From Squalus acanthias (taxonomy: Eukaryota), in contig CM059432.1 of assembly GCA_030390025.1 (NCBI GenBank), forward strand, positions 13,330,001 through 13,394,000: 64,000 nucleotides of DNA, written 5' to 3'. The stretch's first letter is position 1. The number at the start of each line of letters is the position of its first letter. A program made the translations under genes and the position numbers. The notes under the pieces were generated by a model. The model searched no databases. It was not told the origin of the DNA and saw only the letters and a program-made list of their open reading frames with translations. Positions 34,409-46,120 of the stretch are shown here, in pieces.

Positions 34409-36053
34409 TCTATATTAATGACCTAGATGAAGGGACCGAATGTAATCTATCCAAGTTTGCTGATGATACAAAGCTAGGTGGGACAGTAAGCTGTGAGGAA
34501 AACACAAAGGGCTGGATTTTCATTGACCCATGGAGGCGGGTTTGGAGGCGTGTGGGGGGTTAAAATAGCGAAAACTGGCGGGCGGGCATAAGTCCGCCTC
34601 CATCCCGCCTCCACGCAATTTTCATTAAATCGTGTCTGCTGGTCCCAACTCCGCCCCGCCTCTAAGAGGCGGGATAGGCTGTTAAGGCCCTTAACAAGCA
34701 CTAAATTGCCTCTATAATGCCATTTTGAAAGGCCTTTGTGATTTTAACCCTTTTTCTACGTGAAGCACGCCTGTTCTGAACCACGAATGTGAAACCTGGC
34801 GGGAGCACATTTGGATAGCTGACTATCAGTGGCTGGCTGGCTGTGGGGATGGATGGAGAGGAGACATATCTGGGAGTGGTGGTGTAAAAATATCTGGGAG
34901 CAGACTTAGGGCTGCTGCTGCTGATTTTGCATCCAGGTCCTCTCACAGCAAAGGCCAGGCAGTCTCTGAAGACCTGCAATGCAGCAGCAATGATGACATC
35001 ATCAGAGGCGACTTTCAGACTGAAAACACTAATTGGTTCATGGGTTCCCACATGCTGGAACTCAATTGCCCAATTAGGTGAAAATTGCATCAATCTCCCA
35101 CGTCCAATTGCAGTCGGGTGGATAACACGAAAAGTGGATAACACGACCCCAACCCACCCCAGTATCAAAATCCAGCCCAAAGAGTCTGCAAAGGGATATA
35201 GATAGATTAAGTGAGTGGGCAGTAAGGTGGCAGATGGAGTATAATGTAGGGAAATGTGAGGTTATTCAATTTGGTAGGAAGAATAGAAAAAGAGAATATT
35301 TTTTAAACGGTGAGAAACTTTCAAATGTTGGTGTTCAGAGAGATTTGGGTGTCCTCGTAAAAGAAACACAGAAAGCTAGCATACAGGTACAGCATGCAAT
35401 AAGGAAGGCAAATGGCATGTTGGCCTTTATTGCAAGGGGGTTGGAGTATAAGAGTAAGGAAGTCTTGCTACAATTGTACAGGGCCTTGGTCAGACCACAC
35501 CTGGAGTACTGTGCACAGTTCTGGTCTCCTTATCTAAGGAAGGATATACTTGCCTTGGAGGTGGTGCAACGAAGGCTCACTAGATTGATTCCTGGGATGA
35601 GAGGGTTGTCCTATGATGAAAGATTGTGTAGAATGGGCCTATACTCTCTGGAGTTTAGAAGAATGAGAAGTGATCTCATTGAAACATACAAGATTCTGAA
35701 GGGGATTGACAGGGTAGATGCTGAAAGGTTGTTTCCCCTGGTTGGAGAGTCTAGAACTAGGGGGCATAGTCTCAGGATAAGGGGTGGGCCATTTAAGACT
35801 GATGAGGAGGAATTTCTTCACTCAGAGGGTTGTGAATCTTTGGAATTCTCTGCCCCAGAGGGTTGTGAATGCTGAGTCTTTGAGTATATTCAAGGCTGAG
35901 ATAGATAGATTTTTGGACTCTAGGGGAATCAAGGGATATGGAGATCGGGCAGGAAAGTGGAGTTGAGGTCGATGATCAGCCATGAATTATTGAATGGCGG
36001 AGCAGGCTCGAGGGGCCATATGGCCTACTCCTGCTCCTATTTCTTATGTTCTT
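34409..36053 (+). mobile_element. CR1 LINE 3' portion nested in the LINE tail
   Basis: YINDLDEG...KFADDTKLGG, ORF 35234-35875 and CTTATGTT tail. Confidence 0.88.
34509..35178. mobile_element. Harbinger-type MITE (670 bp), GGGCTGGATTTT family
   Basis: Perfect 12-bp TIR and TSD AAA. Removing it restores the CR1 sequence ACACAAAGAGTCTGC. Confidence 0.9.
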
Positions 36054-36666
36054 AAGAAGGCGGCTCACCACCCTCTTCTCAAGGGCATTTAGGGATGGGC
36101 AATAAATGCTGGCCTTTCCAGTGATGCCCACATCCCGGAATGAATTTTAAAAAAGCTCATAGGGCTAGAAATACATTATAGCCCAGGAATCGGCGGTATC
36201 ATTAGAAAAGTTGGAGAATTAGCGCCAGGCGCTAATGCTTTAGACTGCACGCAAAATTCGTGCTCACTGCCCAAAGAAATGATTGTAGTCCTAATTCAAG
36301 TCTTTGGGGGAAAAATTAGGTCGCGCCCCGTTTGGGGCGCAAATATTGTCTGGACGCAAATATTAGCGCCTGGCGCTAATTATCGCCACTGACTGGAAAC
36401 TTCACTTTTACCGCCCCGGGAGGTGAGTGGAGCGCTAAATCAGGCGCTGCACACCTGTCTTAAGGCGCAAAGGCCGAGCAGTGAGGCGCTAACTCAGCGC
36501 GCGAGCGCAGCGCAGGTGCTGCCAGTTAGCGAGGGAACACAGACACAATGGCGCCGGCCAGTTCTTAAAGCGGGGGGGGGGCCAATTTGCTCCCCAGCCA
36601 CACCCTGCTCATTGCAGCCTTGAATCTCGGCCTGGAGAGACCTGTGAATCCATTTTGCTGCCAAGG

Positions 36667-38539
36667 ATGGAGAGGGTGAGAGAACGAGCTCATCGCTTCA
36701 CCAAGCGGGCCTTGGATGCTCTGGTTGGCGCGGTGGAGCGCAGAAGATGTATACTCTTCCCTGAGAGTGGCAGGAGGCCTTTGCCACGCGAGTACAGAAG
36801 AGTGTGGAGGGAGGTGGCTCAGAGCGTCTCCTCCAGGAGCATGGTGCCCAGGACCCATGTTCAATGCCACAAAAAGTTCAACGACCTCACTCGGGTCGTC
36901 AGGGTGAGTGGCTTTTTCTCAATACCTCTCCATCCCTCCATCTCAACCTCACTCTATGGCCAGAGGGTCTTAAAACCCCAATGCACAACATTCATCCAAC
37001 ACCTATGGCCCTTTCATGAAACACACACACACATTCCACACTTTGCATACAGTAAGGGCTATTCACCTATGGGAGGCACATCAGGCAAGACCATGGCTGC
37101 ATACAGTAAGGGCTATTCACCTATGGGAGGCACATCAGGCAAGACCATGGCTGTATATTTACTCAGATGCTGTCCTTTTTCTTGCAGGCCAAGCTGGCGC
37201 AGCAGCAACGGACAGGTGGAGGGCGGCCTCAGCTGCAATCCCTCAGCGATCTGGAGGAGCGCGTCCACAGGATTGTGGCAAGCCGGGTGATCGGTCCCGT
37301 CGCCACTGGAGACGCCGACCCCGTTCTGGACAGCAATGGTAAGGTCATCACCTTTTGTCCTCTGTCCTTCCACTTGTCCCTCACAACACCAGCCTTTGAC
37401 ACTTTCAATTCAACTTGCTAACTCGCTGCACTTATTCCTCCCTTACTGCCACCCTGTCCTCATGCTAAAGCCACTCTTGTACCTCCCTGCTTAGAGATGG
37501 TGATTCACCAGCTGAGGAGACGGGCCCTGAAGCTGCCACTGGGAGTGAAGCTGCAGCCGAGGAGGAAGAGGAAGCTGGAGCATCAGTGCCACCCTCTCCC
37601 GAGGAAGCCCATGCCCACACTGGGAACACGCCTTCCCTGGAGGGGAGCAGGGGGGAAGGGTCTGATGAGGGTGAAGCTCCAGGACCCAGCGGGCTGCAGC
37701 AACGCCATGGGGGTAGGGAAGAACGGGGGCCTTCTCCCCAGAGGGAGAGTATGCCAGAGACTCCTACTGCAATGGACGCAGAGGAGGAGCGGCTGATCGC
37801 AGAAATGAACACCCAGGCGGTGGGCATGCACACTGAGCTCATGGGTGCAGTGGGAAGGGTGCCCGAATGCATTGAGTCACTGGCAAGGAGTGTGGAGCAC
37901 TTCGCTGTAGCACAGGCGGATGCCACACTAATGCTTAGTGCTGCAATTCAGTCACTGGCTGCCGTGATCCCATCTCTGACTGCGCTCATGCAGACTCAGA
38001 TTGAGGCCACGCGAGCACAGACTGCTGCCAACCTCGATGGTTCGTTCACATGTCCCCGGGGCTCTCACCGCGCCGCAGCAGGCCAGCAATCTGTTCTCCA
38101 GCAGATTGCTCCGGATGCTGAAGTGCTGCCCCGTGGGAGTGCCAGTGTGTCGGGCGAGCAGGGAGTTGCTGTCCTCTCTCACGATGACAGCATTCCTGCT
38201 GCCAACACTGTCACTTCTCCACTGCACTTGCCACCGCCTGTAGGACAGACTGCTGCCGCCCATGCAGAGTTGGTGCAGTCTGCAGCCGGGCCCTCCAGGC
38301 CCAGAACTGGTCGAGGCCGTCCTTCAGGGCATCTGCAGTGTCAGGGTCTGACGATCAGCAGCCTTCCACCAGCCTTGCTGCAGCCACTGAGGTCCCATTA
38401 CGGAGGAGCAGTAGGGTTAGAAGGGGGGAAGTGCGCAAGGGAAGGAGATCACCCTCGAAGGGCAAAAAGTAGGAGGTGTGAGAAAATGCTGGTCATTTTT
38501 TTATTAAAGGCCGAGGTTCATGGTCCAACTTTTGTTTAG
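36667..38539 (+). CDS. Harbinger Myb/SANT (trihelix-like) DNA-binding protein; three predicted exons 36667-36903, 37188-37338 and 37497-~38539
   Basis: MERVRERAHRFTKRALDALVGAVERRRCILF...WREVAQSV...RTHVQCHKKFNDL|GTGAGT; TTGCAG|AKLAQQQRTGGG...|GTAAGG; acidic and coiled-coil-like exon 3. The exon-3 acceptor and C-terminus are uncertain (possible late frameshift). Confidence 0.75.
37044..37151 (+). repeat. 54-bp tandem duplication in Myb-gene intron 1
   Basis: TGCATACAGTAAGGGCTATTCACCTATGGGAGGCACATCAGGCAAGACCATGGC x2. Confidence 0.9.
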
Positions 38540-38784
38540 TGTTTTGGACATTATCTCCAGGTTGTGAGAACCAGTTATGTTATTGACTGTTTTTTTGTGT
38601 TTATTTCTATGAGTTTGTCATGAGGAATTGACACACACAGAGTTTGTAAAATAAATAAGTTTCTGTATTCAAAATATACATGGTTGGTGTTTGGAATTAT
38701 TGGTGCCTTGGCCGTCTTCGGGGTTGCGTGCTGGGTTCATTGATGTTGTTAGCAATGGCAGAAGCCATTTCCACAGCAGGGGCC

Positions 38785-39929
38785 CTAGAAGCGGCTTGCT
38801 ATCAGCCGTTGACGGACGGCCCTTGCAGTTTCACCATTGTGGGCCGCCCTCCCGCCTTGGTGCTGCTGATGATCATCCTCCTCGTCCTCTTCCTCCTCTT
38901 CCTCCTCCTCCTCTGGTGGTGCTCCAAGGCCTGGTGGCATTGGCTGGGTCCTGACGATTGCCATGTTATGCAACATGCAGCACACAACTACGAAGTTGGA
39001 TACTCGTTCAGGCGAGTACTGCAGGGCTCCTCCAGAATGGTCGAGACAGTGGAACCGTTGCTTCAGCACGCCGATTGTGCGCTCAATGATGTTCCTGGTA
39101 GCTTGATGGCTCTCGTTGTACCGCAGCTCAGCAGCGGTGTTGGGCGTACGGAGCGGTGTCATCAGCCAGGTGCTCAATGGATACCCCTTGTCCTCGAGAA
39201 GCCAACCAACTGGCTGATGCGGTGCCTCGAAAAGTTCTGGCGCAGGATAAAAGCATCGTGGCAGCTGCCAGGATAGTGGGCATTGACAGCGAGTATCAGC
39301 TGTCTGTGGTCACAGACCAACTGAACATTCAAGGAATGGAACCCCTTTCTGTTCCGGAATTCCTCGGCATTCTCATGTGGAGCACGCAAAGCCACATGCG
39401 TGCAGTCAATGGCGCCCTGCACCATGGGGAAGCCCGCTATCCTCGCAAAGCCCAGAGCGCAGTCACGCTGCTTGTCTGGGGTCATGGGGAAAGAGATGAA
39501 CTGTCTCCTTTTAAAGAGGGCATTTGTGACCTGCCAGATGCAGCAATGCACCGCGAACTGGGAGATATTGGCGAGGTCCCCAGCAGCAGCTTGAAATGAG
39601 CCAGTAGCATAGAAGTTGAGAGCCACTGTGACCTTCACTGCCACCGACAGAGACGTCCTGGACCTCAGTTGAGGCTGCAGATCTGGCTGCAGCAGGTGGC
39701 AGAGCTCAGTGACCACCTCCTTGCTGAATCGCAGCCTTCGCAAACACAGCTCCTCAGACATATGAAGGTAGGAGAGCTGTTCACGATATACCCTGGGAGG
39801 GTAAGCTCTCCTGTACATACGCCTGTTGGCCCTCCTCCGTCTGGCCATCATTGCCACTCTCTCTCTGCGTCTCTGTGTCCTCCGATTCAGCTGGAGCAGG
39901 ACGACGCCCCCAGTCAGTGCAGCCCCCAT
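38785..39929 (-). pseudogene. HARBI1-like Harbinger DDE transposase with one frameshift near 39235
   Basis: MGAA...ALNFYATGSFQ...GAIDCTHV...[15 protein letters not shown]...[10 protein letters not shown], then after the shift [10 protein letters not shown]...[23 protein letters not shown]...CCMLHN and an acidic tail. Confidence 0.9.
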
Positions 39930-41979
39930 AGTCTCTTTGCAAGCAAAATTATGAAGGACAGCAACCAAAGTAGCAGCGAAGTTAGGATCAGTAGGCAAAA
40001 CTACCTCACAAAGCATTGACTCAATGCAGAAGTCTCTCTTTCTCTCTCTCCGAATCTCTCTCTCTCTCTCAGAACGAGTGGTGCAAAAATGTCAACCACA
40101 GAAAAAGACAGGAAGAGGCCCCCTTTAAATAGCACCCCCCCCAGCCCCACAGCGATTGATAGCGTTCCAGTCTTCCGGTCATTGGATGCGCCAGGCGGTA
40201 AGGCAGGGGGCGCCACTCAATTTCCGCTCCGGGGCGCCACAAGGGCGTTGCACCATGGAATGACGTCACAATCTGCGCGCGCAGGTGGTCGCAGCGGTAA
40301 AGTTTAGCGCCGCCGCACAATGTCTAGTTAAGTTCCCAAGCGGCGCAAACATCGCTGCGCCCGGGCGTTAGCGGCTTTGCGCCCCATTAGCGCCCTCTTA
40401 AGGCGCTAACGGGAGGCGCAACCAACTGAATTTTTACCCCTTTAAGCCCAAGCTCATTGGTGTTACACTCAAAGGGTGGACCAATATCAGGTGCAGCCTA
40501 ATCGCAAGTCATGATTGCCACAGGCTTTTTTCAGTACTTACATTGATGCTGCAGAACCTCATTCTCAGCATTGCTGGCTGTGCAGCTGCCTCAGCAAGCA
40601 GCAGCAGCATGTCAAGGAGAAGGAGCCGGAGGACTGAAGCAGGTGTACTCATGGCAGATCCACGCCCCAGGGAGAGAGCCCGCAGATTCTGCGATCAAGC
40701 ATTGGAGGCGGTGGTGTTCGCTGTGGAGAGATGGAGGGCGGTGCTCTACCCGGCAAGTGGCAGGAGGCTCTCGCCGCAAGTCTTCCGCACCATGTGGAGG
40801 AAGGTAGCCCAGCACGTCTCGGGCAGCACTGTGGTCCCCAGGACCCACACACAGTGCAGGAAGAAATTTAACAACCTCACTTAGGTGGTTAGGGTGAGTG
40901 AATGCTTCAAGAAATGCTACATACCGCTATCTGTACCACAATCTTCATACACTGCCCAAAGCACCACACCCCCAGCACTCACCCACCAACAATCTCCACC
41001 TACCAACACTCACACGCACATCTCACACCTTGCACACAATGACAGCTATTCAGGCAGGCACATCTCCCAAACACATCGCTCCACACTCACTCATACACTT
41101 TCTTCCCTCTTGCAGGCCAAGGTGGCTCACAACAGGAGGGAGCAGGAGCGCACAGGCGGGGGACAAGCCGACACCCAACCACTGTCTGCGCTGGAGAATC
41201 GAGTGCTGCAAATCATTGGGCGCCAGGTGGTGGGCACCGTGGCCACTGGCAATGTTGACCCCCTTGTTCATCCCTACTCCTTCTTCTCACATCCGACTTC
41301 CCCTTCACCCCACAAGCATTTCGCACTTTCCAGCTAATCTTGCTGTCTCCATGTATTTCTCCCTTCCTGTCCCCCACCCCTCACCTTAACCCGACTCTTG
41401 TGCCTTTATGCTTTCAGATAATGAGCAAGCACCTGAGCAGCCTGTCCCTGAGGGCACCGTTGACAGTGAGGCGGGAGAAGAGGAGGAGGAAGAACACACC
41501 ACGTCACTGCATGTCTCACCCGCAGGCACCAGCTCAGATACTGGCACTACGCGTTCTTTAGAGGCTGGTATAGTAGCGGGATCTGCACAGGGTGATGCAC
41601 CGGGAATGAGGGGGCTGCAGCAAGGCCAGGGGGAAAGGGTAGCTTGGGGGCCAGCTCCCCAGAGGGCGAGTTCGTGCGCGAGTTCTGCTGCACAGGACTC
41701 AGATGATGACCTCGATGGGGAGGCGTTTAGAAGAAGGGTGATGGGCATGCACACGGAGATGATAGGTGCAATGGCAAGGGTGCCTCTCGACAATGGTAAG
41801 GAGCGTGGAGGAGTCTGTCTCCAACATTGCACAAGGCTCTGCGCACACCATGGAGCCCATTATTTCTAGTCTGCAAAGGACGGTAGACTCCGAGAGAGAC
41901 CGTGGTGACACAGACCTGGTGCCGCGTGTGATGGGCAATCTGGCAGCTTCCATTGCAGCACAGGCAGAAGCGACACAAT

Positions 41980-43621
41980 GGCCCAGAAATTAAAGACTGA
42001 GGGGGAAAAATTAGGTCGCGCCCCATTTGGGGCGCAAATATCGTCTGGACGCAAATATTAGCGCCTGGCGCTAATTATCAGCACTGACTGGAAACTTCAC
42101 TTTTACCGCCCCGGGAGGTGAGTGGAGCGCTAAATCAGGCGCTGCACACCTGTCTTAAGGCGCAAAGGCCAAGGAGTGAGGCGCTAACTCAGAGCGCTGG
42201 CGAAGCTCATGTAATGTCAGTCAGCAATGGAACACACACACAATGGCACGGGCCAGTTCTTAAAGGGGATGGTTAATCTTGCTTTCCATCCACATCCTGT
42301 TCATTGCTGCCTTGAATCTCGGCCTGGAGAGACTTGCACATCAAATGTGCTGGAAAGAACAATGGAGAGTACCAGGCAAAGAGCTCAGAGTGCAGCTCCC
42401 ACAGTCTCTGCTAAATCGATACAAGGAATGGCAAATCAAAATGAACCTGCAAAGTGCTGCTCAGTACCCAAAACTCCTTCACACAACGTTGAATCTCTCC
42501 AGAAGTCTCTCCCTCTCTCTCTCAGAATGCGTAGTTCAAAAATGCCACCAACAATAAAAGACAGGAAGAGGCCCCCTTTAAATAGCGCCCCCCCCCCAGC
42601 CCCACAGCGATTGATAGCGTTCCAGTCTTCTGGTCGTTGGATGCGCCAGGCGGTAAGGCAGGGGGCGCCACTCAATTTCCGCTCCGGGGCGCCACAAGGG
42701 CGTTGCACCATGGAATGACGTCATAATCTGCGCGCGCAGGTGGTTGCAGCGGTAAGTTTTAGCGCCGCCGCACAATCTCTAGTTAAGTTCCCGAGCGGCG
42801 CAAACATCGCTGCGCCCGGGCGTTAGCGGCTTTGCGCCCCATTAGCGCCGTCTTAAGGCGCTAACGGGAGGCGCAACCAACTGAATTTTTACCCCTGAGT
42901 GTTGACGCCGGGGTAAGGCTTCCCCGCGATATCTCACTCCGCGCCTACCTTTTTCCTACGGGCCCACACGAACTTTAGTTTCAAGGCTGCAGCTGTGCAG
43001 TGCTTGCGTGACCCAGAGACACAATTAGTTCGTGCGAGCTCTGGGATCACGTGATTCAGTTAGAGCCAATGGCAGCACACCATCTTTCATTCATAGTTTT
43101 GACAGGAAGACCTGTCAAAGCTATGAATAATATACCCCCCAAAAGAACAGCTAAACCTCAATTAAATTTAAAAAAAAAGCCATCACATTAATAAAATAAG
43201 TATAGTTAAATAAATTAACCACTTTAAACAAAAAATTAAATTTTTGAAAAAATTTTAAATCTTTTTAAAAGTTATAAAAATAAACTTACCTTTCTTTAAA
43301 GTCTCTAAAAAAGATAAACCTGTTGAAAAAAATTTAAAATAATACTTAATTAACTACTTACCTTGTTAAAAGAGGGTCTTACGCCTCCTTTCTTTATGTG
43401 TAAAATCTTCCATGCTTACCTGCGCGTCCAAAGCACTAAGTGCACTGCGTACGCGCAGCCTGTAGCGCGCACGCGGTTCACCTAGGAACCGCCCCCTGTT
43501 GAATTCACGAAGTGCCGGTTTCCCGCGCATGCGCAGTGCATGCTGGAAACCGGCAATTGGAGACCTAAAACGCGAGAGTACACAGTGCGTACTCTCACGT
43601 ATTAGGTCTAATTTTCGGGCC
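41980..43621. mobile_element. Family A Harbinger-type element (inverted relative to 5736-6462) containing the B derivative
   Basis: GGCCCAGAAATTAAAGACTGA...[insert]...GTGTTGACG...TAATTTTCGGGCC, colinear with the reverse complement of 5736-6462. The TSD is imperfect (AAT / ATC). Confidence 0.88.
42001..42895. mobile_element. 895-bp internal-deletion derivative of Harbinger B
   Basis: About 330 bp of the left end and 400 bp of the right end closely match 36306-40440; TSD TGA (41998-42000 / 42896-42898). Confidence 0.92.
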
Positions 43622-43869
43622 ATCGTCTTAGTGCTGTGATGCAGTCTATGCTTGGTGGCATCCAATCTCAGACTGCTCTCATGCAGTCTCAGCTTGATGC
43701 CACGCAAGCTCTGACTGTTGTCATCATGGCTGGGTCTACCACCGTTGATCGGGGCTTTCATGGTGTCGCAGCAAGCCAGCAATCTGTGCTCCAACAGATT
43801 GCTAGGGATGCTGAGGTGCTGCCCCGGGAGAGTGGCAGTAGGTCAGTGGAGCAGGAACCTGCTGTCCTC

Positions 43870-44761
43870 CCAAGCGATCAAGGCAGTGGAACTGTTGCTT
43901 CAGCAGGCCGATGGTCTGCTCGATGATGTTCCTGGTGGCAGCACAGCTCTCATTATATGAGTGCTGAACAGGAGTGTTGGGGTTGTGGAGGGGAGTCATG
44001 AGACAGGTGGAGAGCAGATACCCCTTGTCTCCGAACAGCCAGCCGCGAGCTTGATGTGGTGGCTGGAAGAGTGCTGGCACAGGATGAAGGCATCGTGGCT
44101 GCTACCAGGAAAGTGGGCATTCACATTGAGGATTCGCTGTCTGTGGTCACACACCAACTGCACATTAAGTGAGTGGTCGCCTTTGCGGTTACGGAAGATG
44201 TCAGGATTGTTATGCAGTGCCCGCAAAGCCACGTGGGTGCAGTCAATGGCGCCCTGCAGCATGGGGAATCCCGTTATCCTGGCAAAGCCACATGCACGCT
44301 CATCCTGCTTCTCTCTGGTGATGGGGAAGGAAATGTAGTCCCTTCTCCTACTGCAGAGAGCCTCTGTGACCTCCCGGATGCAGCGATGGACGGCAAACTG
44401 CGAAATGTTAGCTATGTCTTATGTTGCAGACTGGAAGGATCCGCTGGCGAAGAAATTGAGGGCCGTGGTGACCCTGACTGCCACTGAGAGAGCCGTGGTC
44501 GCCCTGATCTGAGGCTGGAGGTCTGGTTGCAGGAAGGTGACAGAGTTCTGTGACCACCTCCTTGATGAAGCGGAGCCTTCTAATACACTGCTCCTCGCTT
44601 AATTAGAGGTAGGAGAAGTGCTCTCGGAGGGTAAGGCCTCCTGTTGAGAGCCCTGATGGCCTCCTCCTCCCCCTGGGCACATGTTCCAGTTTTTGTCGCT
44701 GACTCCGTGCCCTCTACCGTAGCTCCTGGAGGGCGAGGTCGACTGCCAGTACAGCCCCCAT
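43870..44761 (-). pseudogene. HARBI1-like transposase of Harbinger C, frameshifted and 3'-deleted
   Basis: MGAVLAV..., QGAIDCTHVALR...SLNVQLVCD...PGSSHDAFIL, WLFGDKGY...IIEQTIGLLKQ. Confidence 0.85.
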
Positions 44762-45760
44762 TAATGTAACCAAGGGTAGCAGTTTGATTTTTTTAAGATT
44801 AAATGTAACTACTTTTTAGTTGCCACAACACTCCTGATACTAAATAACCTTGAAATTACAGAATGAGACTGTTGGACTATGTGAAACTGACAAGAAAGCA
44901 CTGAAACTCCACTAACCTACAGCTGCGACTCATTACTGATGATCTCTTTAAATAACGTCCCTGGAGCCGGCTTCCTGGTGCTTCACATCAGCTCTCCCTG
45001 TCGCTGTTTACTCCAGGTGCTAAGGTAGGTGATGAGAATCAATTTTTCAGATCGGGCACTCAGTGAGCGTCGCATGCTCACTGACGTCACGATCCACTTG
45101 GCGTTGAGGCTCCCGGCGATAACTGCGAGCTCCGGCGTTGGGGCGGGGTGGGGGTTTTGGCTTGCGGCATTGGAGTCGCCTCGCCCCGGCGATAATGCTC
45201 TAGTGCCCCAGTAGCGCCATCTGCTGGCGCTAATGGGAGGCACTAAGTTACCGAATTTTTCCCCCATTGTCTCTCACCATGAAGAAAATATTCCAATTAA
45301 ACATGTTCACTAAGAGAGTGAGGAAAGAGGGGAAGCAATTTTGTTTTAGACAGAGTTGTTGGAGCATGGAATGCTTTGGCACAGGAAATGGTTGATGTAG
45401 AGATTACAGCAGAGCGGAGATCATCCAAAATCATACTACCCCAAAATAAATAAGCAGGAAACATAGGAACAGGAGTAGACCTGTTCCACCATTCAATTAG
45501 ATCATGGCTGATCTGTATCTTAACTCCATCTACCTGCTTTTGATCCATATCCCTTGATACCCTTACCTAAAAAAAACATTGATCTCATTCTTGAAAATTT
45601 CAATTGACCCAGCATCACTCAGCCTTTTGGGAAGAGAGTTCCAGATGTTCACTACTCTTTGTGTGGAAAAAATGCTTCCTGATTTCACTCCTACATGGCT
45701 TAGATCTAATACTGAATGCAGAATGATGGGGTGTGACCAAGGCTCTACAACTGAAGCAAC

Positions 45761-46120
45761 TCTCTCTCTCTTAGGCAGTCCCTCGGAACCGAGGATGACT
45801 TGCTTCCACATTAAAAATGAGTTGTCAGGTGACTGATGAGTCCGATGCGGGACCTACAGTCTCTGTCACAGGTGGGGCAGACGGTGGTTGAAGGGGCAGG
45901 TGGGTGGGGTGTTTGGGTTGACGTGCGCTCCTTGCGCTGCCTGCGCTTGGCCTCCGCTTGCTCCCGGCGAAGAGACTCGAGGTGTTCGGCGCCTTCCCGG
46001 ATGCTTCTCCTCCACTTTGTGCGGTCTTGGGCCAGGGATTCCCAGGTGTCGGTGGGGATGTTACACTTTTTCAAGGAGGCTTTGAGGGTGTCCTTGAAGC
46101 ATTTCCTCTGCCCAACACTT
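45761..46120 (-). mobile_element. RTE-clade LINE 3' end
   Basis: CNIPTDTWESLAQDRTKW...CPTCDRDCRSRIGLISH; 13-bp TSD CAA(C/T)TGAAGCAAC. Confidence 0.9.

Larger units (their letters stand above)
32795..36154 (+). mobile_element. CR1/L2-group LINE (same family as 15700-16510), interrupted by a MITE and a CR1
   Basis: VPQGRVLGPTIFSCIINDL, FADDCT and ILGVTIDQKLNW. Segments are 32795-33245, 33936-34408 and 36054-36154 (tail). Confidence 0.85.
36306..40440. mobile_element. Full-length PIF/Harbinger transposon B (4135 bp)
   Basis: TIR GGGGGAAAAATT / AATTTTTACCCC, TSD TTT (36303-36305 / 40441-40443), convergent Myb/SANT and DDE genes. Confidence 0.93.
40651..43870 (+). pseudogene. Myb/SANT gene of Harbinger C (stop at 40882, interrupted at 41980-43621, 3' end deleted)
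   Basis: MADPRPRERARRFCDQALEAVV...WRKVAQHV...QCRKKFNNLT*, with the same intron-1 position as element B (donor 40894, acceptor 41115). Confidence 0.8.
36162..45265. mobile_element. Harbinger transposon C (decayed two-gene element hosting three nested insertions)
   Basis: Ends GGGCTAGAAAT... / ...AATTTTTCCCCC with flanks ATA/ATT. Myb gene on +, transposase on -. The empty site matches GTTCTTAGCCTCTCACC in the duplicate at ~46273. Confidence 0.75.

Noticed and set aside
38785..39929. Domesticated host HARBI1 gene
   Set aside because: It lies between TIRs with a TSD, is frameshifted, and has paralogous decayed copies nearby.
5736..43621. Giant composite transposon or inversion bounded by the two inverted family A copies
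   Set aside because: The first copy has its own TSD inside a CR1 and the second sits inside a Myb gene, so they are independent insertions.
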